Below the pieces are notes generated by a model. It was not told where the DNA came from and made no database searches. It saw only the letters and a program-made list of their open reading frames with translations. Positions 38,251-50,127 of a DNA stretch of 64,000 nucleotides are shown here, in pieces. This DNA is from Balamuthia mandrillaris (lineage: Eukaryota), in contig JAVKOQ020000007.1 in the NCBI GenBank assembly GCA_031835245.2, forward strand, positions 372,001-436,000, read 5' to 3'. Each line of letters starts with the position of its first letter. Position 1 is the stretch's first letter. A program made the translations under genes and the position numbers.

Positions 38251-40917
38251 CTTCTTTTTCTTCTTTTTCTTCTTTTTCTTTTTCTTCTTTTTCTTTTTCT
38301 TCTTCTTCTTCTTGTTCTTGTTCTTCTTCTTCTGCTTCTTCTTCTGCTTCTTCTGCTTCTTCTTCTTCTTCTTCTTCTTCTTCTTCTTCTTCTTCTGCTC
38401 TTTTTGCTTTTTCTATTTTTTCCTTTTCACTTACTTTGTTGGTTTCTATTTTTTGTTTATCATTGTTAATAAAGGAATAATTTGGTCTTGTAAAAGTCAA
38501 TTCTTGATCAAGGCTGAGCTTTTCCTTCAATAGTATTTGTAATTGCAACTTCAACTTCTTATTTTCTTCTTCTATTTCCATTATATTTTCATTTTGTTTG
38601 TCATACTTTACTTTCCATTGTTTACATGTTGCACATGATGATACTATCATGTCATTTGATAAAGCTTCTTTTGTTTCTTTTTCTTTTGCTCCTATTTCAT
38701 TATTAATTAAATGACTATTTGTTTTTGTTTGTACTTTCTGTTTTGTGTTTAGTGTGTTCCTTTTGGAAGATTTTTCTTGTATCATCTTTTTTTGTTTCTT
38801 TTTTGTACTTCTCTCTAAGGAACTAAATGCATTTCTTTTAGTAGTAAAAGAAGCATTGGTTAAATTGTTTCTGCTAATGTTGATTGAATCATCTAAATAA
38901 GATGTCCAATAATTAGGTTTCTGTATTTTGTGTCCACTGGCTGTCATATTGAGTTGTTTTCTTTCAATTCTAGAAAAGGATAAGGATGAGGATGAGGATG
39001 AGGATGAGGATGAGGATGAGGATGAGGATGAGGATGAAGTTATTTCTTGTTCAGCTTGTTCTAATAATTGCTGTGTAGCAACTTCTGCATCATCATCACA
39101 TTCATAAAGCACTTCAATACAATGCTGCATTGGAATGGAAGGAATTAGTTCATGTAGCTCTAATGCTTTGAGCTTGCGCCACTTTTCTTTCTTTTGATCA
39201 AGCCGTTTTGCAAATCTAACTTCATCTTGTTGGATTTCTTCTTCAAGTTGTTGTTGCTTTTGTTGAGTGGTCAAAGTCTCTCTTGTTTTTACAAATGAAA
39301 TTTTTTGTTAAAAATTCATATTACATAATGATTTTAAATTTATAATACTTACTTTGTTTCTACATTATTTTTAATAATAATGACTTCTTCTAATGTGTCA
39401 CATTTGTTATAATTGATATCAATATTCATTTTACATTCCCACTTGAATGATATAATTAGCTTTAAAAGATAACAAGAAAAAAGTATAAAGAAAGTAAAAC
39501 AAACCATGTCTGGATATTCCTTATAACTAGACACTTTTCGCCATTTAAAACATCTATGACATTGAATCCATATAAAAGGTCTATTTTTTGCTTTTTCCAA
39601 CTGTCTCCAAAAGGTTGTTAATGAACCTACTGGTACCATTTTGGTCCTTTGAAAAAAAGGAAGTTAAAAAGTTAAAATATAACAATGGTAATATAAAAAG
39701 AAGTACCAATATTTGGTAAGATTGGTCTTAAGATTAATTAATAGCTTGCGATAGTTATTATCATTAAGAAAGTCCTGTTTGTTATGAGTAGGTTGCAAGA
39801 AATTGGCATTTAACTGTGGGATTGTAATAACCCAATTGCAAAGAGTAGCAAAAAAAAAACTATTAGTATCAAAACAATAAAAAAAGAAAAAATTTAAAGT
39901 TCCAAGAATACCTACAATTCCAATAACTCCAACTCCTCTAGAGTCAGGACTCAGTTGCATTCCAATACGTAAATAGGATTTAATCAATCGTCCTCTATGA
40001 TAAAGCATCATTCCAAATTGATTTTTGTCTTCCTGGTTTTTTTGTTTTTGTTTTAGAAACAAGATAAATGAAAAAGAAAGTACTACATAGTCTTACTTGA
40101 TTGAAACCAAATACTATAGGTATAGGTATATGAGTACATTTAGGTGTGTAATGAAATTCTCTTGGTTTATACAATACATGTTGTAACCTTATTTGCCTCA
40201 CTTTCAATTTGCGTAACCAAATCTGTTTTGATGATTATAACATAAAAATTCATTTATATATTTTAAAAATGATAATACAAAATAAAAGAGAAAGGGAGAA
40301 AAAAAAGAAAAAGAGAGAAAGAGAAAAAAGGAAAAAGGGAAACAGAGAACATAGAAAACAAATATCAAACCTGCATTTTGGGTTGTAAGTAAAGAATGGA
40401 GAGAAAGGCACGCAATGAGTAATAAGGATTGGCAAGATTATGACCTGATGCAACACTAGTATCATCTCGAAGCTCTTTGAGAAGTTCTAAATCATTGTTC
40501 TGGCCCTGATTCTCTTCATAGTCTTCTGAAAGTACAAACTCACTGGGAGCAGTGGAGCGCTCAGGTTTCTTTAAGTTGAAAACCACAATTCGTGTTCCTT
40601 GTCCATCCAAACAATCCATCTCATCCATCAATGCTTCAAATGTTTTGAATGGAGAGTAAGTAGTAATTGCCTGTGACAAACCATGTTATTAAAAACATCA
40701 CCACCGAAGAAAAGTTGAGAAAAAGAAAGAATATATAAGAAATAAGATTACTCACATGTACATTGTTAGCAAATACATCTTCAGGAATTGGCATAAAATC
40801 AGAAGCACTAGTGCTGAAATCAACAGTGATGGCACGCCCAGTCTTAGCATCCCAGCTAACAATAGGCACCAAAACTTCAGAAGCATTTATGGCTTTTAAA
40901 AAAGTCTAATAGGAGAA

Positions 40918-40957
<40 letters not shown>

Positions 40958-42090
40958 GATTCAGGGTAGTGTCAATAGTTTGATGTCATTATTGTTCATA
41001 CCTGAGAAAGAAAACCCATGCTATGTGATTTCTCTGTCTTTGTAAAAACCAGGGCATCCTTGCCCAGCCGCATTGCACCTTCATACAATGTGTTTCAGAG
41101 GAAAGCAGAGAACAATAAAGAGAAAGAAATAGAACAGAAGAAGGAGCACATACCTGACTTGAACCCATTGCCATAGTGTCCAATTGGCAGCTCTTGACCT
41201 GTTATGTCCGTCTTGGAGTGATTTTGCTGAGTAGTGAGTTACATTTCATTTGAAGGAAGAGAAGGGAGTAAGAGAGAGAGAGAGAGAGAGAGAAAGGTGA
41301 GAGAGAAAGGTGAGAGAGAAAGAGAGAGAGAGAGAAGAGGGGAGAAGGAACAAAGTAATGACCTTTTCACAGTGGCCAAAAGATAACATATGGTGCAGCT
41401 CCAAAGGAGACATGCCTGTGCCATTATCTTGAAAGATAAAACGAGGGCCGTTCTCAATGTTGAGTCCTTCCTCTGCTAAACTGAGACTACGTGTCCAACC
41501 ATCACCATCTTCCATTGTCAGATTCTCTGTAATTGACAACGCGATTGTACGCCAAGGAGGAAGAGGAAGACAGAGGGGAGAGGAGAGAGAACAGGTTGTA
41601 TGGAGATTCAATCGTCAGAATTGGGGGAGTGTAGAAGAGTGAGAGAGAGAGAGAACCAGTACTTGGAGGCGCGTTTCCTGGTTCTTCTTCCTCTACATCT
41701 GTGGGTTGTGTATGAGGCAACTTTTCCACATCAATCTCAAATCGAGTGGCTTTGGCGTCAAGAGCATTGTCTGCAAAGTGTTGTTATTTTCCAGACCAAA
41801 AACACCACATAACAATGTACATGCAAAGAAATGAAAAAAGCTTTTGTGAAAGGGAGAGGCAAGGAAGTGAGCCAAGGAACGAACCAGCTAACTCAGCGAT
41901 AGCGCCAAAGACCCAAACATGAGAAGTACTGTTGCTGTGTAAAAATTTGGGATGGGTCTGTTTGGTTGGTTTAGTTTGTTAAGAAAGAGCAAGGGTATCA
42001 GATGTACATCCGGAATGGCAAAGAGTGGCAAAGGCTTACAGTGCTATGAGCGAGTTGCTTCGAAGTCAACGGAACAGCGCCGCGCTCCAT
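37811..42090 (-). CDS. MORC: MORC-family GHKL ATPase with S5 fold, zf-CW, CUE-like domain, coiled coil and C-terminal zf-MYND
   Basis: HPKFLHSNSTSH.W.FGAIAEL.DNA.DA, DNGTGMS...MLSFG, IGHYGNGFKSG.MRLG, YSLRAFLSILY, YHRGRLI, QPTHNKQDF, WIQCHRCFKWR...WEC, C..C...CSRC...YCSKECQ..DW..H...C. Confidence 0.93.
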
Positions 42091-42279
42091 CCTCCCACAG
42101 CAGCTGCGCCCTTTGTTCGTCCCCCCCCTTTTCTGGTTTTTTTTTTTTTTGGAAGGGGGCCCTGCTCCGGGTTCGTCCCGTACTCGAGGGGCTTTTTAGC
42201 AAAAATTATGGGAATTCCAATGTGCTGAGGATGTGCACAAACCGAGAAGAATTTTATTGAAGCTGCAGCTTTTGTGCTC

Positions 42280-44784
42280 TCACACTGCAGAGGACTGCGA
42301 GTGGCAGAAAAAGAAGGGAGCCGAGGGTAAAGGTGAAGAGCAGTGAGGCGGAGTGGCTCGTGGCTTGTGAGGCCGCACGTAGTGTTGAAAGGCGCTTGGA
42401 TCGGAGACGAACTCGGCCAAACGCTTCTTCTGGCCCTCCGCGGTGGAATCGCCCTTATAGGTCTTGAAGAGGTTGAAGAGATTGATTTGTGCCTCAAGCG
42501 CTTTCCCTTTGAGCTTGCTCACCTCTTCAACTGTGGACACTTTAGCAACGGAAAGATCAGGCGCAGTTTTCTGCTTCTTCTGCTTTGTGTGTGTGTCCTC
42601 TTCGAAGACTGGAGCAAGGCTCTTTTGATGCTTGTCCAGGTAAGCGTCCCCCTTTTTTTTTTTTGATATTTTTTTCTCTTGCTCCGCTCTCGCCTTTTGT
42701 TGTTGACGCAACTCTTGCTCTCTTTTCTTGAAGGCCTTACTTTGTTTCCTTTTTCGATTTCGCTTCCCTTGTTCATCTACGTTGTCCAAATGTTGCTGGA
42801 CACTGGTCATTACATTCAATCGAAGTTTTCGAAACACGCTTGCAGTTGTGCTCCCCCTTCCTCCAAGGTTTCTTCGTAATGGAGAGAGAAATGCTCGTTC
42901 TCCAAAGGTAGGCAGGCTTTTGTCCTTTGGCGTGTCTTTTGTACGACACATATTTAAATTTTCGTTGTGGCAGGTATGGTAGCCATGCATGAAAACATCC
43001 GCCTTCGCCACAATGCTGTCTATCTTCTCTTTGACTTTTTGGATCTTTTCGATCCACACTGGATCCCCATTACCATCATCACAGTACTCCTTTTTGCAAC
43101 GATCACACACTTTCTCCTCTCCACTGTTGTCAGCTTCCTTTGTCTCACAATCACACCCTTTTTTCCGCTTCAAAAGTGTTGGGTGACGGCCGATTGCAGC
43201 AAGAAGCTTGCAAGAAGATAAAAGCAAGCACAGCTGTTTTCCTTTCCTGACCTGGGTGGCAATGTGGAAAAGGATTTCTGGGGGAAGAGCAGTGAAGGGT
43301 GTTGAACGATCCATTGAATCAAGATCCACAATCCTTTCCAGATGAGGGCAGTGGTCATCGCACTTCTTCTCAAAGTAGTGAGCCTTGGCAAACTTCATTC
43401 GTCATTGGAATTCCCCAACCATCTCCAGTCGAAGCCTTTCTTCATACTCTGCCACAGTCTCTTTAGCTTGCTGCTTGGTAAACATCTTTGCCCATCGTTC
43501 ACTTTCTTTGATGGCTGTCATCAACCATGCTCCAATTTTTGCTGAATATTTTTTCCCTTTTTGGCTCTCTCCAAGTATCTTTTGCAGGTCTTTTTGAAAG
43601 TTGTTTTTCAAATGCCCTGGATCATGCACAATCTTCACGTTGGTAAGTCTGGCATCCTCGTTCAAGATCTTCAAGACTGATGGAGCATGGAGCCATAGAA
43701 GGAATGCCAAGGTAAGTAGTACATGAGATGCTTTGATATATGTTGTTGCTTGCTCCTCAAATGTTCTTTGGTGATTGAATAGGGCCACAGACCACATTCG
43801 AGTAAGTTGTTCTGCTTGAACATGTAGTACATTCCGTAATTGTAATTACGCATTCTCCCACTTGCTTTATTCTTTTGGCTTTCTGGGTCCCACTACACGT
43901 CCCTTCTTTCTCCTCACATCGCTTTTGTATTGCCTCGATCCAACAGTCTACATCTACTATAAATCTGTTCCCATTTAACTTGATTTTTGGTGTAGGCCTT
44001 GATGAGGAGGTCGGTGAAGAGGAGGTCGGTGAAGAGGAGGTCGGTGAAGAGGAAGTCGGTGAAGAGGAAGTCGGTGAAGAGGAAGTCGGTGAAGAGGAGG
44101 TCGGTGAAGAGGAGGTCGGCGAAGAGGAGGTCGGTGAAAAGGAGGTCGGCAAAGAGGAGGTTGGCGAAGAGGAGGTTGGTGAAGAGGTCAATGAAGAAGT
44201 TGCCAAAAAAGTTGTTGGCGAGTGGCTCAAAAAGGAGGGTACCATACATGCTGGGATGCTGAAGGAGCCTGCTGGTGAGTGATGAAGCAAGGCAGGGAGT
44301 GCAAACGAAGGTATGGTTAAAGAAGAGGAGGAGGTAAGCAAAGAGCTCAGTGACTCAGCAGCTTTCTTTTGCTGCGCTTTCTTTTCCTCCTCTTCTTTTA
44401 GGCACTTGTTTTGGTGGCGTTGCTTTCTTTCTGGAGCTGCCTTTTTCGCCGTGGCTTGGCTTCTTGTTCCTCCTTTTCTTGTTGTTGCTGAGCTCGTTGA
44501 CGCCTTTGGCTCTTGGCCTTCTGCTTCCGTCGTTTTTCTTTCTGGAGCTGGCACGGTTCCTTTGAGGACAAGGGCGAGGGCGAGGGCGAGGACAAGCATA
44601 AACTTGCAGAAGAAGCTGCTCGGCAACGCCGTTTTGATGCGGCTTGTTGTGCTCGCCTTCTTTCAAGTTTCTCTTGAGCTTCTTCTTGTCGCTGCTGTTC
44701 CTCTTGTTCCTTCTCCTCCCTTTCTCGTTTTTTTTGCGCATAGTAGTTGCGTTGATAAAGGCGTTGATACTCCTGTCGGTTCAT
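42280..44784 (-). pseudogene. decayed Mutator-like DDE transposase with internal F-box
   Basis: Zn-ribbon Cys (C...C, CTTC), HDPGHLK, H....C...C.H, T..NE..N......PK......F..R..L..L..N.G; frameshifts and stops at ~44398, 43757 and 43402; the first catalytic Asp region appears deleted. Confidence 0.7.
44002..44190. repeat. 15-bp tandem repeat (GAAGAGGAGGTCGGT)n encoding (PTSSS)n in the transposase frame
   Basis: about 12 near-identical 15-mers. Confidence 0.92.
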
Positions 44785-45157
44785 CTTTCTTTCTTTTTTT
44801 TTGGTTGTCTACAAAAAATTTTCTGTAAACTTTTGCATGGAAACTAAAGCGGAGCAATGAATTTTTGTCGACGTGAAAGATCTCTGCTAGAGATGAGACA
44901 AAGAAAAAGACAACAGAAATGGCCTTTTTATGGTAAGATAAAGCCTCTGTTTTGATTTTTGATTGGTGGTTTGAAACTTTCAGTAACCGATCAAAGCATT
45001 GAGCCGCTTTATAAGGAAACCCAAACAAAACCATGTCACCGTCTACACCACCCCCTTCCTGCTCGACAAAAAATCACCAACCATCGACGCGTGACGTGGA
45101 TATTTCCTTACTAGTCCCTTGCTGATGCAATTCGTTACCTTTTTTTTTGGATAAACC

Positions 45158-46137
45158 ATGTCGACAAAACAAGAAAGAGCAGAGAAGGGGAAAGAGAGAG
45201 AGATGGAGACTGCAGAGGCGCTTGCGGGAAAGCTGGCAACGTTGTTGGAACAGTACAAACAGGTCGAGGCCGCGTTGGAGCTGAGCCCGGAGGATAAGGA
45301 CCTACAAGCAGCTAAAAAGGAGTTGCAAGAAGTAATCACCCTCACCGAAGATTTATTTCGTCTTCAATCTGAAAAAGATTCTGGTTCTGTTGATGCCGGC
45401 AAAGCTGCTAACAACACTTCCACCACCCCAACTGAAGCTTCCTACACCTCTAGCGCTTCTTCCTCGTTATTGGACCAACAAAGCGCGCTGGCCTCTGGGA
45501 GCTACCCGGTGGGCACCACCTGCCAGGCCCTGTGGTCGGAGGACCAACGGTGGTACGACGCCATGGTGACCGCCATCACCCCATCAGGCAAGTACTTTGT
45601 CACCTTTCTGGGCTATGGCAACACTCAGGAGTGCGGTACGGAGCAGCTACGGCCCATGGTCAATGCTGCGTCGCCTGCTGCAGGCGGAAGCGGTGCCGCA
45701 ACCACCTCAGCAGCCGCGACCGCCGCAGGCAGCACTTCCAATCCACACAAACGGAAAAAGGCAGAGGATGACTTAAGCAACCTGGTGGATGCCTCTGGAG
45801 CTTTCGTCGTGCCGGAGAAGCTCAGGATCCTGCCCAACGACTCGGAGGAGGTCATAGAGAAGAAAAAACGCAAGATCAAGGCCCTGAAGAAAAAAGTTCG
45901 TCAAAGAAAGATCGAGCAAGAGAGAAACCAAAAGAAGCAGTCCTGGCAGAGCTTCACCGAGAAGAAGGGCAAGAAGCGGCGGTTGGGCTTCCTCACTGGC
46001 ATGCGCAAGGACAGCATCTTCAAGTCCCCTGAGGGAGTGCAGGGCAAGGTCGGTGTCACGGGCTCTGGCAAGGAGATGACCCCACAACTGCAAGACAGTC
46101 GGACGCAATACAAGAAGAAGGCTGTCACTAAGGTTAA

Positions 46138-46141
<4 letters not shown>
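45158..46141 (+). CDS. SMNDC1: splicing factor SPF30 (Tudor domain)
   Basis: QYKQVEAALELSPEDKDL...LQEVITLT; Tudor CQALWSEDQRWYDA...VTFLGYGN; SWQSF, SIFKSPEG..GKVGVTGSGK.MT. Confidence 0.92.
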
Positions 46142-46174
<33 letters not shown>

Positions 46175-46211
46175 GAAAACAAAAAAAAGTAAAGTTTGGA
46201 AATCCTTACAT

Positions 46212-47339
46212 TTAATCATGACGAGAATGAGAACGATGACTAGAGGAATGGTGACGATGAGAGGAAGAGGAACGGGAGGACGAGGAAGAAGAACGAGAGG
46301 AGGAGGAAGAACGAGATGGCTCCTCTTCTCTTCCTCTTCGCTTCTTCTTCCGTCCGAAAGGATCGTCCACGGAGCCCATGCCCCCCATTCTCTCCTTGTA
46401 CTTTTTGCGCAGCATAGGATCAGCCATCCACGGCGCTCCCGTTCCTTCATACTTCTCCATCCTTCGATGCATCTCATCCTCCTTGTTGCTATCCCCAAAC
46501 CGCCGCCTCAACTCTGCCATTCCTCTTTCTCCTCCTTCCTCCTCTTCCCCCCCACTTCCTCTTCTCCTTTCAACAACAGCACCGCTAGAAATAACAGCAC
46601 CAGGCACGGAGACAGTGCCGAGTTTGCCGGCAGCAGCACCGGCAGAGCCACGATAGACGGAGGGAAGGGCACGCGGATCGGCGCCAGCAAAGGTGGTGTC
46701 CTCGTTGACCAAGTGAGTCCACTTGGTCTGCCCAGCGCGTCCAAAGTTCTTGCGTTGCATGACCTTGGGGAGGATGGACTTGTCTGCCTTGTCCTCCAGG
46801 GTGGGTGCCGAGTAGTCCCGCTGTATGACCTGGTCGTCCAGATCCTGATAGAAGGCGCCCTTGTGGTAGTACTTTTGCAAGAATTTGTACTTCTTCTTGT
46901 CTTTCTGCTTGGAATCCTTGAGACGCTCCGCGTCCATGCGAAGGATCTCTGCGTCGCTGAGGTTCTTTCTGGCCTCCTTCTCGGCGTGCTCTCGCTCGAA
47001 GCGAGTGCGCTCCTCTTGATCTCGTTTGATTCGAGCCAGCTCTCGCAGCTTCCACTTCTCGTATTCGGCTAGTTGCTCTTCCTCATCCATCATTTCTTCT
47101 TCGTCCTCTATTTCGTCCTCGCTGAGAACGTCTTCTCCATTCCCGTTGGTGGCATTGGTAATATTGTGTTCTTTCGTCAACTCCGATTGGAGAATCTCTC
47201 GGGACTCAGCTATCCGTTCTTGCTTCCGCTGCTCTTCTAGCTTTTTACGTTCCTCCTCTTCTTCCAACTTGCGTTCTTGCTCTTTTATAGTTTCTCTCTC
47301 CTCTCTGTTTTTTTTAAATAAGTAAAATTAAACCCCTAT

Positions 47340-47375
<36 letters not shown>

Positions 47376-48041
47376 CCTCCGAACAAATGTAGGCGCTATC
47401 ATTGGTCGTCGGCTAAGCAATTCATCTTCTGACTCTGATGTGTCCGTTTCCCACTCGGAAGAGTCTTCTTCCTCCTCTTCTTCCTCCTCCGCCTCTTTTT
47501 CTGCTTTCTCTTTCTTAATCACTTGAGCGACGTCTCTTTCCACTTCTTTCTGGTCTTCTTCTTCCTCCTCCTCCTCTTCTTGTCTGGCCATTTCTTCTCC
47601 CTCCTCTTCTTCTCTCCTTCTTCTGGCTCGTTCTCTCATCCTCGCTCTCATTCTGGCGATCTCTTCCTCGTCTTCCTCTTCTTCCTCTGCTTCTACCTCC
47701 TCGTCCTCCTCCTCTTCTGCTCGCTTCTTTGGTTCTCGCTTCTCAGCTGCAAAGATGACTTGCGCAACAGGTTCTCTTTTGACAACAACAGCCGCGTAGC
47801 CGGCGGCTCGTCTTCCTTCCGCCGTGGTTTCATCTTCGCGGTTGCTGCTGTTGTTCTTGAAATCGAAAAAGGCCTGGGTGAGATTCTTTGGCTTTTGTTT
47901 TCCGTCCTCTTCATCTTTGACGTAGTCTGGAACTTTGCCTGGACGATACCTCGCTGCAATGTACGCACACACACAAATCAGAAATCCGAGCATGAACGCA
48001 AACAAACAAACAAAAAACCTACCCACTCCTTTGGCCTGCAT
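46212..48041 (-). CDS. MFAP1: microfibrillar-associated protein 1 (spliceosomal B-complex protein)
   Basis: RYRPGK.PDY, PTFV, YEKWKLRELARIKRD, KFLQKYYHKGAFY, RDYSAPTLED..DKSILPKVMQ.KNFGRAGQTKWTHL; 2 introns. Confidence 0.95.
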
Positions 48042-49007
48042 TGGTGGTGGTTATTTTGTTGCGCTCTGAGCTGCTGCCTATCTATAGCGCACACACACAA
48101 AACAGAGACACCCGTTCGAAACAGCGTTTTTCTCCAATCGGCACACCCGCCTCACAGCTCCACGAAAGACTTATTACTTTCTTTTCTCCAACTTTTCATT
48201 TTATTTGTGGACATCGATTATTATCCCCCTCCATTGCAATTATCGCACTTCACCCGAATCGTCGACACGAATTGTCGACAATATTTCCATATAAGGTGTT
48301 TTAGTACATGTTAACTCCCGTTTCCGTGGAGGAGGCTATCGTACAAAAATAGAGATCGTTGTCAAGCACCGAGATCCGAAATTTTCACAGTATTTATGTC
48401 ACAGTTTCAAATAAAGCCCCCGATAAATAAATTCGTAAACAGAGATCCAAGACGCCTCTTTTCCCGCCAAATCGAACAGAACCAGTTTGGGGAAAAAAGC
48501 ACACACAGTAAGCGGGAGTGCAAAAGTTTCTCTCTGCTTGGCAGGCGATTAGCAGGGAAGAAGGGGAAAAAATGTAGCAAGGAAAAAGACTCGCCAAAAG
48601 TTTTTTTTTCCCTTCAGCAGGCTCTTTTCTTTGTGTCTTGTACAGCAGAGCAATGCACGAACCTACCGACAAGGACGAAATCGTTTTACACTATCGCCAG
48701 CTACCTTTTAAAAGCTTTGCAGAGGCGGTCTCGGATCCAAGGTGGAGGCGTATGTACACTCTAACTGCTGTTTCTTGTTTGTTCATGAGTAACCACATTT
48801 TTTTAAATTTCAGCACAACCTGCACTAAATCAAGTAGCGACGTATCCCCATCCGTTGCCACCACTACCCGGTGCTCCAGCATTGCAACTACCATTGTGTA
48901 CTGCCTTAACCTATACAACGATAGCTCCGTCACCCTCCCGCCCGCCAAATAAATCGTTGCGCCCGGGCTATTTTGCACCTCCACTTTTTTCCCCCTTTGC
49001 TCCTCTC

Positions 49008-49335
49008 ATCCAGACTTACACGCTTTCCTTTCTATGATAAGTTTTTTTCGGCCAGACTTAAACGTTTTTCCTTTCTATGTTAAGTTTTTTTGGCCAGACT
49101 TAAACGTTTTTCCTTTCTATGTTAAGTTTTTTTGGCCAGACTTAAACGTTTTTCCTTTTTATGTTAAGTGCTTTTGCCCCTCGCTTTGAATATATTGTCG
49201 ATTTTTGGGGCTAAAAAGGAAATTTTATTTGTTGGGTCTCGACAATCAACATTTTAATCGACAATTATCTGATTATTTTGGACTTTTTCGTGGCAGACTT
49301 AAAACGCTTTCCTTATTATGTTAAGTTTTTTCTGG
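49008..49335. repeat. ~42-bp tandem repeat array (GGCCAGACTTAAACGTTTTTCCTTTCTATGTTAAGTTTTTT)
   Basis: four adjacent copies at 49008-49170 and a fifth, diverged copy at ~49291-49332. Confidence 0.9.
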
Positions 49336-50127
49336 GGTTCCTTCGCTTCTTTTTTGGCAAATTGGTTCTAGGTCGCTAGATTTTTGCTTTACTTTGGAAA
49401 TTTTTCTAGATCGCCCGTTGGCTTGCACATCAAACCACTCCGCGCTAAATTCCTTAAATTCCTCTCTTACAAGTTTTTCATTTTGTCGACTTTACCTTTT
49501 TTCGATTTCTAAAAACAAAACAAAAAAGTTAAAAAAAATGATTAAAGATGAGAAAGAAGGCAACGAGGAGACAACAAGGGCACCTCAGTTGACGGCTGGG
49601 CCGCCCCGACCACCACTCGTAATTCCTTGGGAAAAGGTAGCAGACATAGTATTTGCTGCGCTTGGCCCAGCAATCAAACGTGCTATTCGACGCAAGCCAC
49701 AAAAGCTTCCTGTCAAATAAACGTTTACCAAACCAGATAAGGAAAGAGTCGACAAAATGAAAAAAATTCCCACGTCAGCCCTGGTTGAACCAACCGTCCG
49801 TGACGTCATTTTCCCCAAAAAAGGACTGATGACATCAGCGGCAGAAAACTCATTGCTCGGAGTGTGTGACATAAATTTCGAGTGTCCCGGACACCAAAAA
49901 AAAAAAGTGAGGGGTTATGTGAGAAGTGGAAGAAGAGACGAGCGCAAACGCTTGAGTGGCCGTTGGTTTTGTTGTAAAAAGGGGGTGGTGTGGGAGGTGG
50001 TGGTGGTGGCGGTTGTTTTTGTCTGTTTTTTTTTTCGTTGGGCCGGTTGTAAGGCGCCTCACTCTCTCTGCCGTTTTTAACATTCCTCCCTCGTTCCTTT
50101 TGTGAACGAAGAGAGAACGCCTCAACG

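Larger units (their letters stand above)
34339..45035. mobile_element. candidate large Mutator-like (MULE) DNA transposon or composite TE block
   Basis: 34345-34445 is an inverted, gapped match to 44855-45010 (shared GTTTCAAACCACCAATC.AAAATCAAAA, AAAAGGCC, AGATCTT.CACGTCGACAA.AATTC.TTG); candidate TSD TCACCATCT (34330-38) / TCACCGTCT (45036-44); contains a transposase relic. Confidence 0.45.

Noticed and set aside
43875..44282. (EEEVG)n and protamine-like (KRRSV)n ORFs
   Set aside because: They are alternative frames or strands of the 15-bp repeat inside the transposase relic
49008..49335. CRISPR-like array
   Set aside because: The repeats are directly adjacent with no unique spacers, there are no cas genes, and the context is eukaryotic
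49366..49410. Helitron 3' end (TCTAG-GTCG-CTAGA hairpin followed by CTAG)
   Set aside because: The stem is too short and AT-rich, CTAG is not followed by T, and no 5' end was identified
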